A DNA stretch of 64,000 nucleotides from an uncultured Candidatus Saccharibacteria bacterium (GCA_964401135.1 CAYNXC010000001.1:122778-186777), one strand, 5' to 3'. Shown: positions 36,677-48,100, counted from the first letter of the stretch. The notes: a model not told the origin generated them from the letters alone. A program made the numbers and translations.

Positions 36677-37462
36677 CTAGTGAGCTATTGCAAACACTCG
36701 CCGTGCGTTGTATAGAAGCATCTCAGCGAGCTTCTCTGGAGCCTCACCGCGGATTTCGGCAAGTTTCTGCACCACCTCTCGCACATAGAGTGGCTCTCCG
36801 CGCTTACCACGGTAGGGCTCTGGGGCCACAAAAGGGGCATCCGTCTCGGCAAAGAGCATATTCTCCGGCACCCGAGTGATGATCTCATCATACTGCCGGG
36901 CAAAGGTGATGACACCGGTAAACGAGAGGCTGATGCCCCGTGTGAGGTAGGCCTGTGCAGTGGCCCGATCTCCTGCAAAAAAGTGTGCATGCGCTCGCAC
37001 CTCTGGGTGTGCGTTTAACATCTCTAAGGTATCTGCGTAGGCCTGTTCTGGAGCTGCTGCGGTGGAACGGATGTGGAGCATCAAGGGCTTCCCCACACGC
37101 TTGGCAAGTGCAATGTGTGCCTCAAACAGTCTTTTTTGCTCTGCCTTCTCGTCATCATCCTTCATATAGTAGTAGTCTAAACCACACTCACCAATGGCAA
37201 TCACTTTCTGGTGCTCTGCAAGTGCGAGAAATTCTTTTTCATCAAAACCTTGTTCCCAATCGGTTGGATGCACTCCTACCGTTGCGTAGAGGTGCTCATC
37301 CGCTTCTGCAAGTGCGAGCACCTCTCTACTTGTCGCGAGACTGGTGCCAACATTATTAACCAGCACCCCTTCTTCTTTACAGCGAGCAATCACCTCTTCC
37401 CTATCCACATCAAAGTCCTTAAAGTTGATGTGCGCGTGGATATCAAAATACTTCACCTCCAT
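36677..37462 (-). CDS. tatD: TatD-family metal-dependent hydrolase
   Basis: YFDIHAHINFKDF...GECGLDYYY, just downstream of metG. Confidence 0.85.
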   Translation of the reverse strand: MEVKYFDIHAHINFKDFDVDREEVIARCKEEGVLVNNVGTSLATSREVLALAEADEHLYATVGVHPTDWEQGFDEKEFLALAEHQKVIAIGECGLDYYYMKDDDEKAEQKRLFEAHIALAKRVGKPLMLHIRSTAAAPEQAYADTLEMLNAHPEVRAHAHFFAGDRATAQAYLTRGISLSFTGVITFARQYDEIITRVPENMLFAETDAPFVAPEPYRGKRGEPLYVREVVQKLAEIRGEAPEKLAEMLLYNARRVFAIAH

Positions 37463-37465
37463 ACA

Positions 37466-38893
37466 CTATTTCCTCACAAAGAGTGGGGTGAGGGAGCGGT
37501 TTTCTTTGGTGGCTCTCTGTAGTGCTTCTGCGGTTGCCGGCATAAAGGGAGTGAGAAGGTACGCAATATATGCAAGTGACTGCACTAACTCGGCAATGAC
37601 TTCTTTTGCCGCCTCCGCATCCGTCTTCACCAGTTTAAAAGGTTCCGTCTCCGAAATGCGCGCATCTACCTCTCCTACCAGTTCCCAAATCACCTGCATT
37701 GCATCACTGTAACGGTAGGAATCCATCGCATCTATGTACTCTCTTGGAACTTGATCCTTAGTACTTGGAACTTGATCCTTAGTACTTGGAACTTGATACA
37801 TCTCTGCCATTTTCATAATGCGCGACGCGAGGTTACCTAGCCCATTCGCCAAGTTCCCGTTGTAACTTTCTGTAAATTTTTCCAGAGTAAAGTCCGAGTC
37901 CTCGAAAGGGCTCACCTCACGCAAGAGGTAGTAACGCAAGGCGTCAGTGCCGTACTCATCCACAATCGCGATGGGGTCAATCACATTTCCCAGACTCTTA
38001 CTCATCTTTGCACCGCCAGAGGTCATAAAGCCGTGTATCACAATCTGCTGTGATGGAGGGAGTCCTGCCGAGAGGAGCATCGCTTGCCACATTGCCGCCT
38101 GCTGGCGTGTATTATCTTTCCCCGCAAACTGGACGACTGGCCACCACTTTTCAAACTCCTCCATCCGTTCAGGCCAGCCAATAGTAGAGACATAATTTAC
38201 CAGCGCATCAAACCACACATACATCACCTGTTCAGGATCTTCGGGGACTGCTATCCCCCACGGCATCTTCTCCTTTACACGCGAGATAGAAAAATCTTGC
38301 AAGCCCTGCGATACAAAGCTCTTCACCTCATTCCTACGCGTCTCGGGTACTACAAATTGATCATTACCGTACAGTGCAAGCAGGGCATCTTGATACTTTG
38401 AAAATCTAAAGAAGTAATTCTCCTCGTCGATGAGCTCTAATTCTAAGTTTGGATGGATGGGGCACTTCCCCTCCTCCAGCTCTGAATCTGTCTTCTCCAA
38501 TTCACAGCCGACGCAGTAGCGTACCTGATACTTCTTCTTATAAATATCACCGTTTGCGTAGCAACGCTTCCAAAATTCCTGTGCAGCTATTACATGCGCT
38601 GGGTCACTCGTGCGAATAAAATTAGTGTATGAGAGATTCAACTTCTCTTTGAGTACAGCAAAGTGTGTCACAGCCTCATCAACATAGACTTGCGGATCTC
38701 TCCCCTCCTCTTGCGCCTTCTTCCAAATTTTCTGTCCATGCTCGTCAGTCCCTGTATTAAAGAGTACCTCACGCCCCAAGAGGCGCGAAAAGCGCGCGTA
38801 AGTATCTGCTTGCACTATCTCAAGCGCAAATCCGATGTGTGGATCTGCGTTGACATAGGGCAGTGTCGTAGTAATGTAGGTGCGTTCACTCAT
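37466..38893 (-). CDS. metG: Methionine--tRNA ligase (short form, no C-terminal tRNA-binding domain)
   Basis: TTTLPYVNADPHIGFAL, KMSKSLGN and Zn-knuckle cysteines. Confidence 0.9.
   Translation of the reverse strand: MSERTYITTTLPYVNADPHIGFALEIVQADTYARFSRLLGREVLFNTGTDEHGQKIWKKAQEEGRDPQVYVDEAVTHFAVLKEKLNLSYTNFIRTSDPAHVIAAQEFWKRCYANGDIYKKKYQVRYCVGCELEKTDSELEEGKCPIHPNLELELIDEENYFFRFSKYQDALLALYGNDQFVVPETRRNEVKSFVSQGLQDFSISRVKEKMPWGIAVPEDPEQVMYVWFDALVNYVSTIGWPERMEEFEKWWPVVQFAGKDNTRQQAAMWQAMLLSAGLPPSQQIVIHGFMTSGGAKMSKSLGNVIDPIAIVDEYGTDALRYYLLREVSPFEDSDFTLEKFTESYNGNLANGLGNLASRIMKMAEMYQVPSTKDQVPSTKDQVPREYIDAMDSYRYSDAMQVIWELVGEVDARISETEPFKLVKTDAEAAKEVIAELVQSLAYIAYLLTPFMPATAEALQRATKENRSLTPLFVRK
37745..37800. 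repeat. In-frame 21-bp tandem repeat (about 2.7 copies) inside metG
   Basis: ttggaacttgatccttagtac repeated in tandem, encoding (QVPSTKD)n. Confidence 0.8.
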
Positions 38894-39957
38894 CCAGCTA
38901 TATTCTTTTCAGCGAATACATGCTTCTTCTTCTCCCAGTCAGAGACTAGCTCCATAAAGATCGCCGCAACCGGTACCGCAATGAGGATACCGAGAAAGCC
39001 GGCCAGCTTCGCGCCAATAATCATTGAGATAATCACCATGAGCGCCGGTACCCCCACCATCTTCTTAACCACGAGTGGGTAGAGTAAATGATTTTCAAAC
39101 TGCTGTATAATCACAAAGAAGCCAAGCACAAGAAGCCCTGTGACGAGTCCATCATTTAATCCAAGAAGTACCGCCGGTGTAGCAGAGAGTGTCGGCCCTA
39201 CATAGGGGATGAGCTCAAAGATGCCCGCAAGAATAGCAAGGAGAAGCGCGTATCTAATCCCGAGAAGCGCGAGCCCCAGGTACACAAAGATACCGATGAA
39301 AATACCAAGAAAGATCTGCCCCTGCATCCACAAGCCAATTTTTCTCTGTGAGCGCTTCCACACATCTATCACATAGCGCTCATGTTTGACTGGAGTTATC
39401 ACACGTAGCACATTCTCTACACCGTCCTCTTGTACTGCTAGGTAGAACGAAATCACCACGATGAGCACAAAAGAGAAGATACCTCCAAAGATGATGCTCG
39501 CGGCGCCAAGTGCGCCGCTCGTCGCACCAGAGAGAGACGAGCGCAGAATATCTATCGCATCGTTCACCGTGAGATCCCCCGCAAGATTGACGGCGAGCGA
39601 TCCAAGCGGAGAGACAGACTCGCCCCACGCGGTCAATGATTGGAGACGCTCTGGGATTGTAGACATGATGTCACTAAAGTCCGCAAGTAGTGTTGGGAGG
39701 AGGGAGTACACTAGGCCAAGAATACAGACGAAGGTGGCAACATAAATCATCAAAACAGCAAGCGTCCGCGCAATACCGCGCTTGGTGAGCCATATCACCA
39801 TCGGCTCAATCGCAGACGCTAGCACGACTGAAGACAGGATGACGAGTAATAGTTCTCGGACAATGTAGAGTGCCCAGAGCACCATCAGAGTCGCGGCAAC
39901 TTTGATTACCATCCCAACCGAGACAGTGATATGCATATCACGAGGAGAGACTGCCAT
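38890..39957 (-). CDS. AI-2E family (UPF0118, PerM-like) transporter
   Basis: An 8-TM protein of the typical length and hydropathy. Confidence 0.55.
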   Translation of the reverse strand: MAVSPRDMHITVSVGMVIKVAATLMVLWALYIVRELLLVILSSVVLASAIEPMVIWLTKRGIARTLAVLMIYVATFVCILGLVYSLLPTLLADFSDIMSTIPERLQSLTAWGESVSPLGSLAVNLAGDLTVNDAIDILRSSLSGATSGALGAASIIFGGIFSFVLIVVISFYLAVQEDGVENVLRVITPVKHERYVIDVWKRSQRKIGLWMQGQIFLGIFIGIFVYLGLALLGIRYALLLAILAGIFELIPYVGPTLSATPAVLLGLNDGLVTGLLVLGFFVIIQQFENHLLYPLVVKKMVGVPALMVIISMIIGAKLAGFLGILIAVPVAAIFMELVSDWEKKKHVFAEKNIAG

Positions 39958-39969
39958 AGTGTTAGTGTA

Positions 39970-41256
39970 CTACACCTTCATAAGTGGGACAAACGGTGCA
40001 TCATTCTCGTGCGGACCAATGACGGCAAGGTTCATATGCTTGGTAACAAAAATATCTTGAGCAACTGCGCGCAGATCCGCGGCATTCACCCGCTTAATCG
40101 CACGAATATACTCTTCAGGACTTACCGAAGAATCTTTTACCACTTCCTGTAAGCCATAAAAATCAGCAATATCATCGGAGCGCTCTAAACCAAGCCGGAA
40201 GCGTCCGATGACTGAGTCCTTACTGCGCTTCAATTCCTCCTTCCCCACATCGCTCCGCTTCAACTTGGTCACCTCTTTGATGATCTCAGTGAGTACTTCT
40301 GTAATCCGGGAAGTATCCAGACCTGCAGTGATTTCAAAAATACCGTGATCGGTCAAAGACTCGTGATCGGCACGCACATAGTACGCGGCACCGAGTCTCT
40401 CTCGCACCGTTTGCCAGAGTCGCGAGCTCATGGTTCCGCCCAAGATACTTGCCAAGACGGTTGCCGTGTAAGCACGCTTGTCATACGCCGAGTAAGCACG
40501 AAACGCAATCACAATGTGTGACTGATCTGAAGCCTTAGTGCGCACAGACACTCGCGGTTTTGATTGGCGGTCATCCACGGGGAGCTTCTCCCCTTTCACC
40601 CCGCCACTTAAGCGAGAAAAGAGTCTCTCTACATCACGACGGATGTCTGATTCTTTGAACGCCCCAGAGACGAGCACGATGGTTGACTGTGGCAAGTAGT
40701 GCTTAGCACGGTACTGCAAAAAATCTTCTCGCTTCACCGCGCGGATAATTTCTTTTGTTCCCAAGATGCTCCGTCCCACCGGCTGTGCACCAAAGAGGAG
40801 TGTCATCATATCATCTTGCACTTTACGATTAGGAAGATCCTCATACATATTCATCTCCTCGATAATCACACCCTTCTCTCGCTCAATTTCCTCCAGATTA
40901 AAGATTGGATTGAGGTAGAGATCAGAGACAATCTCCAGTGCTTTTTTTACATTTGTTGGCGCCACCTTTGCGTAGTAGCCGGTAAACTCGTAACTGGTAA
41001 AGGCATTGTACTGTGCGCCAAGGGCATCCAGCTCGGCAGAGATTTGCATCGACTTAGGACGCTTCTTTGTTCCCTTAAAGCACATGTGCTCCAAGAAATG
41101 TGAGATGCCGTTCTCCTCCTCATTCTCATACTTGGATCCTGCCTTCACCAAGACCATCACGGTCACACTCTCCGCACCGCGACGAGGCACCGTAATGAGC
41201 CGAAGGCCGTTTTTAAGCACATGTTTTGTATACGCCATAGCGCTTGGTTGTACCAC
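39970..41256 (-). CDS. M16-family (insulinase-like) zinc peptidase
   Basis: Inverted zinc motif HFLEHMCFKGT. Confidence 0.8.
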   Translation of the reverse strand: MVQPSAMAYTKHVLKNGLRLITVPRRGAESVTVMVLVKAGSKYENEEENGISHFLEHMCFKGTKKRPKSMQISAELDALGAQYNAFTSYEFTGYYAKVAPTNVKKALEIVSDLYLNPIFNLEEIEREKGVIIEEMNMYEDLPNRKVQDDMMTLLFGAQPVGRSILGTKEIIRAVKREDFLQYRAKHYLPQSTIVLVSGAFKESDIRRDVERLFSRLSGGVKGEKLPVDDRQSKPRVSVRTKASDQSHIVIAFRAYSAYDKRAYTATVLASILGGTMSSRLWQTVRERLGAAYYVRADHESLTDHGIFEITAGLDTSRITEVLTEIIKEVTKLKRSDVGKEELKRSKDSVIGRFRLGLERSDDIADFYGLQEVVKDSSVSPEEYIRAIKRVNAADLRAVAQDIFVTKHMNLAVIGPHENDAPFVPLMKV

Positions 41257-41269
41257 AAAAAGACAGATT

Positions 41270-42574
41270 TTACAATGCTGCCGCTACCCAACTAGGGAGC
41301 TCGGTTTCAGGGATACGCTCCTGCGTACCATCATCACGATTTCGTAAAGTGACGGTTCCGTCGGTAAGTGTGTCAAAGTCTACGGTGACACACCACGGGG
41401 TACCAATTTCGTCTTGCCGACGGTAGCGCTTCCCGATGTTGCCGTTGTCGTCAAAAACGACACCCGAGATGCCTCGCTTTAGGGTTTGGAAGAGTTCCCG
41501 CGCACGAGTAACCAACTCTGGCTTATTTTTAAGGAGTGGGAAGACCGCCACGCGGATAGGTGCCATGGAGGGTACCAGACGTAGAAATACTCGTTTCTCT
41601 CCGCCTAGTTCATCTTCAGCATAGGCACTGGTGAGTAAGGCAAGTGCAGTTCGGTCAAGACCAAGCGATGGCTCTATCACATTGGGGAGGAAACGCTCAC
41701 CACTCTGCTCATCTAAGTACGAGAGATCCACACCCGAGCGCTCGGTATGCCGAGAGAGATCGTAGTCACCACGGTAGGCAAGACCATAAAGTTCTTTGCG
41801 TCCAAAAGGAAAATCAAATTCAAAATCAATGGTGCGTTTGGAGTAGTGAGCTCGATCACCCTCCCCCACTTCTACCTCATGAAAGAGTGCGTCAGGAAGT
41901 CCAATGCGCTCTTTCCACTCATGCATCCGCGCTCGCCATGCTTCAAAATGCTCTTCCCACTCACTTGGACGCACAAAGTATTCCAATTCCATCTGTTCAA
42001 ACTCACGCGAACGGAAGAGGAAGTCCCGTGGAGTAATCTCATTCCTAAAAGCCTTGCCAATCTGAGCAATACCAAATGGGAGTTTGGGGTGATAAGCATC
42101 TACCGTATTTTTAAAGTTTACGAAGATTCCTTGCGCCGTTTCTGGACGGAGATATGAGACGGAGGAGCTCTCCTCTGCTGCACCCACGCGCGTCTCAAAC
42201 ATCATATTAAATTGCCGTGGCTCACTCACTGTCCCGCCACACTCGGGACACTCGATAAGTGGAGTATCTACGCGGAAGCGTCGCCTGCACTTGGCACACT
42301 CTACGAGCGGGTCAGTAAATCCTTCCACATGTCCAGACGCTTTCCATACTTCCGCATTCATAATAAGCGCGGCATCCACCATGAGTACATCATCGCGCTC
42401 GTATACAAAGGCCCTCATCCATTCCGCCCTAATACGCTCTTTTAGAAGTACCCCGAGGTGCCCCCAGTCCCAAGTGCCAGATAGGCCTCCGTAAATCTCT
42501 GAACCAGGAAAGATAAAACCGCGCCGTTTGGCGAGCGAGACGATGGCACTCATTCTGTCGATATCAGTACTCAT
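41270..42574 (-). CDS. glyQS: Glycine--tRNA ligase (alpha2 type)
   Basis: RRGFIFPGSEIYGGLSGTWDWGHLGVLLK, class II motifs. Confidence 0.9.
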   Translation of the reverse strand: MSTDIDRMSAIVSLAKRRGFIFPGSEIYGGLSGTWDWGHLGVLLKERIRAEWMRAFVYERDDVLMVDAALIMNAEVWKASGHVEGFTDPLVECAKCRRRFRVDTPLIECPECGGTVSEPRQFNMMFETRVGAAEESSSVSYLRPETAQGIFVNFKNTVDAYHPKLPFGIAQIGKAFRNEITPRDFLFRSREFEQMELEYFVRPSEWEEHFEAWRARMHEWKERIGLPDALFHEVEVGEGDRAHYSKRTIDFEFDFPFGRKELYGLAYRGDYDLSRHTERSGVDLSYLDEQSGERFLPNVIEPSLGLDRTALALLTSAYAEDELGGEKRVFLRLVPSMAPIRVAVFPLLKNKPELVTRARELFQTLKRGISGVVFDDNGNIGKRYRRQDEIGTPWCVTVDFDTLTDGTVTLRNRDDGTQERIPETELPSWVAAAL

Positions 42575-44583
42575 TGGATTACTTGGTCACTCCCACTTCG
42601 GAACACAGGATCTTTTACAATACGCGTAGTGATAGCGGGCTTCTCTGTTGTCACCGTCTTTTCTGTAAATGTATCAGTGCCCTTAAAAAGGGACTGTAAC
42701 ACAAGGGTCGGCGTCTCTCCAACTTGAGAGAGACTAGGGTTAATACCAACTTGGAATGAGGCGGTCCTCGGAGCAGTACCCCCTACTCCCACTCCCGACT
42801 TGAGGTATTGGAGATCCCAGGTAACGGTATGGGTAGATTCGTTATAGATTACCGACTCATTCACCGGTGAGGTAACCCCCTTCCATACAACATACACAGG
42901 GAGCACTGCCTCCACCGTGGCACTCGTAACATTATTTGAAGGGTTCACCAATGCCCAGGTGATGGTATATGTCGTCTCTGATCCGAGCTTTGGCGGTATG
43001 GGACCGCTATTTTTAATGGGCCCAATAGAGTAGTAACCATCAGCAGAGAAGCTGACCTGTGTTGCAAACTTCACCGAGCGAGCAATCACTGATGAAATAT
43101 TTTGTTGAGAGAATCCTTCTGCGGTGCGAGTGCCGGCAAAAGATATACTCAATTCTGCACTCGGATTGAGGGCTGCGCTGCTACGCGTTAATGCTTTCGG
43201 TTTAAAGGTAAATTGCACATTCCCATTTCCGCCTGCCTCGATACTCCCTAATCGTTCAACAACCCGCTTGTCCCAAGTAATAGTATTGTCACGAGAATTG
43301 TAGTAGCCATCATTCCCTACAGTTACTGAGCTAGGATCTACATTCCCCGAGAGTTCAAGGACAAGCACCCCCGAAGAAATGGTGGAATCAGTGCTGTTCT
43401 TCCATGAGATGACGCCTCTCACTTCTTTATCAGCAGGAGCGATTACCGACTTAGCGGTATTCCCGTTCAGTGTGGATGAGAGTGTAAGGTATGGCTCGGC
43501 AACAGAGACCGCGCCAAAGGCAGTGTTGTACACAATAGAGAGTGATCCCGCATCTTCACTGTCCTCGGTGCCTACCGTCGCACTGATTCCCTCTGACTCA
43601 TTACTATCACTTTGTGGGGTTCCCACAATGGTAACTGTCCGCTCTGCTCCGGAGGAGAGGTCGCCCAGCCTCCAGAAAGATGCTCCTTGCGATGGGTCTG
43701 GGTCAGTACTCTTTACCACAAATCCATAGGGAAAATCGACGCGTACCGCAACATTTTTCAGCGTCGTCTTTGCGTTTGAAACAATGCGCACCGTTGCGGT
43801 GATTTCTTGATCAGCATTAATCTCCTTTGGCATCTCTACGTACACATCAACCGGTGCGGCAGAGAGTGTGACAGAGTAAGATTCACTGCGAGAGAAGAGT
43901 GACATTGATTCTGGGAGGTTGTATTCCAATCCTGCAGCTATCTCCGGCTTGGAATCAGCAGAGCCGTAGAGGATTGCCTTGATAGTACGATTAACCACCT
44001 CGCCAGATTTGATTTCTCCTAAGGGAATGCGCTCACGAGTGAGTGTCTTTGCTGGATCCGCCGCATCTCGCGTACCATTTGGGTATTCAATAATGAGTGT
44101 GCTATTCAGTAACGGCTTACTGTCTTTATTGGTAATAGTCACTGTAAAGGTTGAAAGTTCCCCGCCAGCAACCGAGGTAGGACCTTGGATCACCATATCA
44201 ACATTTGTATCACTCACCCCAAGCTTAAAGTAGAGCACAGCGCCTGCGATGGCCACGCAGAGAGAGAAGAAAAGAAGCGAACCAAAGAGGAGTTTAGAGA
44301 TGAGGGACATTGGCTTTTCCACACTAGATGACATTGTGTGTAGTGTATTAGGAGTACTAGCTTCCCATTCTCTTTTTTCTTTTATATCAAGACTCCTCAG
44401 CTCACTTCTACCGCGTTCCGCACCACCCTTCCAGTCGCGGTCATAGAGCTTCTTTTTGAGCACCTCAAGGCTATCTTCGCGCGCCATCTGTTTAGTATAG
44501 CACAGCAGTTTCTGCGACCTGTGCACGAGTAAGTGTCTCTTCTGCAAGCGAAAACCCTCTCGGAGAGACGGGCTCAAACTCAC
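42571..44583 (-). CDS. Large N-terminally anchored surface protein of repeated beta-sandwich domains
   Basis: A TM helix near residue 100. Thr/Ser/Val-rich repeated segments, function unknown. Confidence 0.4.
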   Translation of the reverse strand: MSLSPSLREGFRLQKRHLLVHRSQKLLCYTKQMAREDSLEVLKKKLYDRDWKGGAERGRSELRSLDIKEKREWEASTPNTLHTMSSSVEKPMSLISKLLFGSLLFFSLCVAIAGAVLYFKLGVSDTNVDMVIQGPTSVAGGELSTFTVTITNKDSKPLLNSTLIIEYPNGTRDAADPAKTLTRERIPLGEIKSGEVVNRTIKAILYGSADSKPEIAAGLEYNLPESMSLFSRSESYSVTLSAAPVDVYVEMPKEINADQEITATVRIVSNAKTTLKNVAVRVDFPYGFVVKSTDPDPSQGASFWRLGDLSSGAERTVTIVGTPQSDSNESEGISATVGTEDSEDAGSLSIVYNTAFGAVSVAEPYLTLSSTLNGNTAKSVIAPADKEVRGVISWKNSTDSTISSGVLVLELSGNVDPSSVTVGNDGYYNSRDNTITWDKRVVERLGSIEAGGNGNVQFTFKPKALTRSSAALNPSAELSISFAGTRTAEGFSQQNISSVIARSVKFATQVSFSADGYYSIGPIKNSGPIPPKLGSETTYTITWALVNPSNNVTSATVEAVLPVYVVWKGVTSPVNESVIYNESTHTVTWDLQYLKSGVGVGGTAPRTASFQVGINPSLSQVGETPTLVLQSLFKGTDTFTEKTVTTEKPAITTRIVKDPVFRSGSDQVIQ

Positions 44584-45100
44584 GAAGGAGTGAATCAGAG
44601 AGTGTATGCGGGGTAATAAAACGCACTAGTGAGGCACACTCCTCCAAGAAACCTGCACGAGCGAGCATTCGTAAGAGCGTCAGGAGTTCAGCGTGCGGGG
44701 CAAGTGTCCGTCGAGAGACATCGTCTACACTTAAGTACTCAACCAAGGAGAAGAGGTCATGAAAGAGATCAGTGTGTGGGTCATCGGGGAGCGTGAGCTC
44801 ATAGGCAAGAGAGCAGAGTCGTGCCGTGATAGCGCGTGAATGCGCCAAACGCGTATGAGCGCGTGAAAGTGTCTCCGCGCCGGTCACTCGCCAAATCGCC
44901 TTCCCCCGCACCAGAGAGAGCCGTGTGAGTGTGTAGTCTTGCAAGTGGTAGCGAAGTTTCGACTTGAGCACGCGCACACTCTGCGCGTGTGCAGTGAGCA
45001 CCCCCAGATCCTCTGTCAAAAGATGTAGTATCTTATGTCCCTCCCCTTCTACCCGCGACTTAAGTATGAGCGCACGGGTTGTATGAATGTGGTAAGCCAT
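44492..45100 (-). CDS. recO: DNA repair protein RecO (divergent)
   Basis: An N-terminal OB-like TRALILKSRVEGEGHKILHLLTEDLGVLTAHA. The size is consistent. Confidence 0.5.
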   Translation of the reverse strand: MAYHIHTTRALILKSRVEGEGHKILHLLTEDLGVLTAHAQSVRVLKSKLRYHLQDYTLTRLSLVRGKAIWRVTGAETLSRAHTRLAHSRAITARLCSLAYELTLPDDPHTDLFHDLFSLVEYLSVDDVSRRTLAPHAELLTLLRMLARAGFLEECASLVRFITPHTLSDSLLREFEPVSPRGFSLAEETLTRAQVAETAVLY

Positions 45101-48100
45101 TATGAGCGCGAGATGGCAAACTCCTCTCCTTCAGTAAGAGTCAATACCGTAGCAGTGGCTTGCTCTAACTCCGCGCGATATTTCTCCAACAAGAGTTGCT
45201 CCTCTTTACGTGCATGGATAGTGAGAGTGATTGTCTCTTTCGGTGCGCAAGATCCACTTTTTCTGAAATCTTGTATACTCCGCACAAATTCACGGACCGT
45301 TCCCTCTTCTCGTAATACTGGAGTGATAATCGTATCTAACCACACGAGCTCCCCCATATCACGCCCTTCAAGGACTTCTTTCACATTCACCTCATCACGA
45401 ATGAGCGCGAGGTAGGCCTCCGGCACAAGCGTCTTCACCTTCATCGTAGAGAGTGGCTGGCGGATTTTTATCCCCTCGCGCTCCCTCCACTTGAGAGCCA
45501 CAGATACTAACTCACGAGTGGTCGCCATTAACTGGAGAGTGCCAGGATCTCCTCCCGAGGACACTGGCCAAAGTGCAAGGTGTACACTCTCTGGGTCACT
45601 CGTCTCACGCACTGAGAGGTAGATCTCTTCTGCCAGAAAAGGCATGAATGGCGCGATGATTTTTGAAACTTCTTTGAGTACATGCGTGAGCGTTGCAGAG
45701 ACAATGGATAGTCCCCCTTCATCTTTGAAGCGCTCGCGCGATCGGCGCAGGTACCATGTAGAAAGATCGTCGATGAAGGTGCTGATTGGCTTCGTCGCGC
45801 GATCGAGTTCGTAAGCATCCATCGCCTCTTCCACCTGCGTCTGTAACTCATCTAATCGTGCGCGTATCCACTGATCCAAGAGTACCGTGCTCTCGTGGTA
45901 GTCAGGAAGTACATGTCCTTGTGGTCTATAGAGCTCTAGGAAGGAGCGCACATTCGTGAGGCGGACGACATTTTTTCGGTATACTTCAGCAACACCTTTT
46001 TCAGAAAAATTTAGATCTTCAGCGCGGACTACAGGAGACGAGAGGAGATAGAAGCGCAACGCATCGGCTCCATAGCGCTCCATCACCTCCACAGGGTCTG
46101 GGTAGTTCTTCAGCCGCTTACTCATCTTCTGCCCATCCTCCGCAAGGATGAGACCATTCACAATAACATTGCGGTAGGGAGAGACTCCAAAGAGCCCAAC
46201 ACCGAGTACCAACATGCTATAAAACCATCCGCGCGTCTGATCCAAACCTTCTGCAATAAAGTCCGCAGGGAATCCAGTACCACGCGCAGGATCAAAAGAG
46301 CCCTGCTCCTCAAATGGGTAGTGCGCTTCAGCAAAGGGCATAGAGCCAGACTCAAACCAGCAATCAAATACTTCTGAGACGCGCGTATGTACCCCCCCAC
46401 AAGAACAGGGAAACTGGATCGCATCAATATAAGGACGATGGAGATCAATCTCTCCATCTGCATTTCGCGGTAGTCGTCGAGAGGTAGTGCGATACCACTC
46501 CCCCGTCCCTAAATGCGCCCCCTCTCCCTCGATCACCTTTCTCAACATAAAGAGCGGGAGACCGTGAGACACAACGAGGATACGCTTCCCTAAGTAGCGA
46601 GATTCCGTCTCTTGTAAGAACCCCTCCATCCGCTGAAGCACAGAGTCCCTATCTTCTCCATCGTCCGGCTTGTGCTCCCAATATGACTCCCATGTCCCCC
46701 CAGAAAAATTCCCCGGATTTAACTCTCTCAATGCTGGTACTTCAATAATTTCTTCTTGTGGGATGTCGAGTGCTACCGCAACAATACGCGTGGTCTCCTT
46801 TGTTCGATAGAAAGGAGAATGGAGTATGAGATCTGGCTTCTCTTCTTTCAGTTCCTCTGCACTTTTTTCTACTGTATGTATTCCATCAGGAGTAAGTGGG
46901 GTCACCTTCGTAGCGTCAGCAGAAACTTCTCCCGAAATATTTGCATCTATCTCTCCGTGGCGTAACAGAATGTAGGTATTGTGCAATGGGTGAGCGTCAC
47001 TTAGATCTTTCAAGGAGCCAATCACTGTCATGTCATTACAGGAGTTACAGCGCCACACCGGTAAGGGCGCGCCCCAGAAACGAGAGCGAGAAATAGCCCA
47101 ATCGCGCGCACCCTCGAGCCACTTACCAAAGCGCCCCTCCTTGATGTGTGACGGGATCCATGTGATGGCCTCGTTTGCTTTGAGCAATTCATCTTTGAAC
47201 GCGGTGACCTTCACAAACCATGATGAAGCCGCGTAGTTAAGGAGTGGCGTATCACAACGCCAGCAGTGCGGGTAGGAGTGTATAATTTTTTCTTTTGCAA
47301 AGAGAAGATTTCTTCCCACAAGATACTTGAGGATGAGGATATCTGCTGCTTGTGGATCATCCTTTGACTTTACTGGTATCCCTGCAAAATCACTCACCGC
47401 AAGGGTAAAGCGACCATCCATGCCTACATGCTGGACAAAGGGGAGCTCCTCGCGCATACCGAGCACCATATCATCCTCGCCAAAGGCAGGTGCAATGTGT
47501 ACAATACCAGTCCCATCTTCCGCGGTCACAAAGTCAGCGGCATACACAGTCCAGCCTTTCTCTCTATTTTTCAGAGTCGCATCTTCACTAAAATAGCTAA
47601 ATGGAGGAAGATACTTTTTCCCCACTAATTCAGCGCCGGATAATTCTCCGAGCACATCATACTCGCCAGTAAGAATGTGTGGTGCACGATCCTTGGAGAG
47701 GATGTAGATCTCCTCCCCTACTTTAGCTCGTATGTAAGTGAGTCCAGTTGATACCGCGAGTGCCACATTACCGGGGAGTGTCCAAGGTGTGGTCGTCCAC
47801 GCAAGTAAGAAGGTAAGATCCTCACCCACGAGGGGGAACTTTACTGTAACAGAGATATCGGTCACATCCTTGTAGCCTTGGTTCACTTCAAAGTTAGCAA
47901 GCGTTGTCTCACAGCGAGGGCAGATGTGCATTGGCTTATAACCCTCGTAGATGAGCCCCTTGTCATAGAGTGTTTTGAAAGCCCACCAGACGCTCTCGGT
48001 ATAAGAGGGATCCATGGTGCGATAGTCGTGCACCATATCAACAAAACGCCCAAAGCGCGGGATGATCTCCTTCCACTCCTCGGTGTAGCGGAGTACGCTC

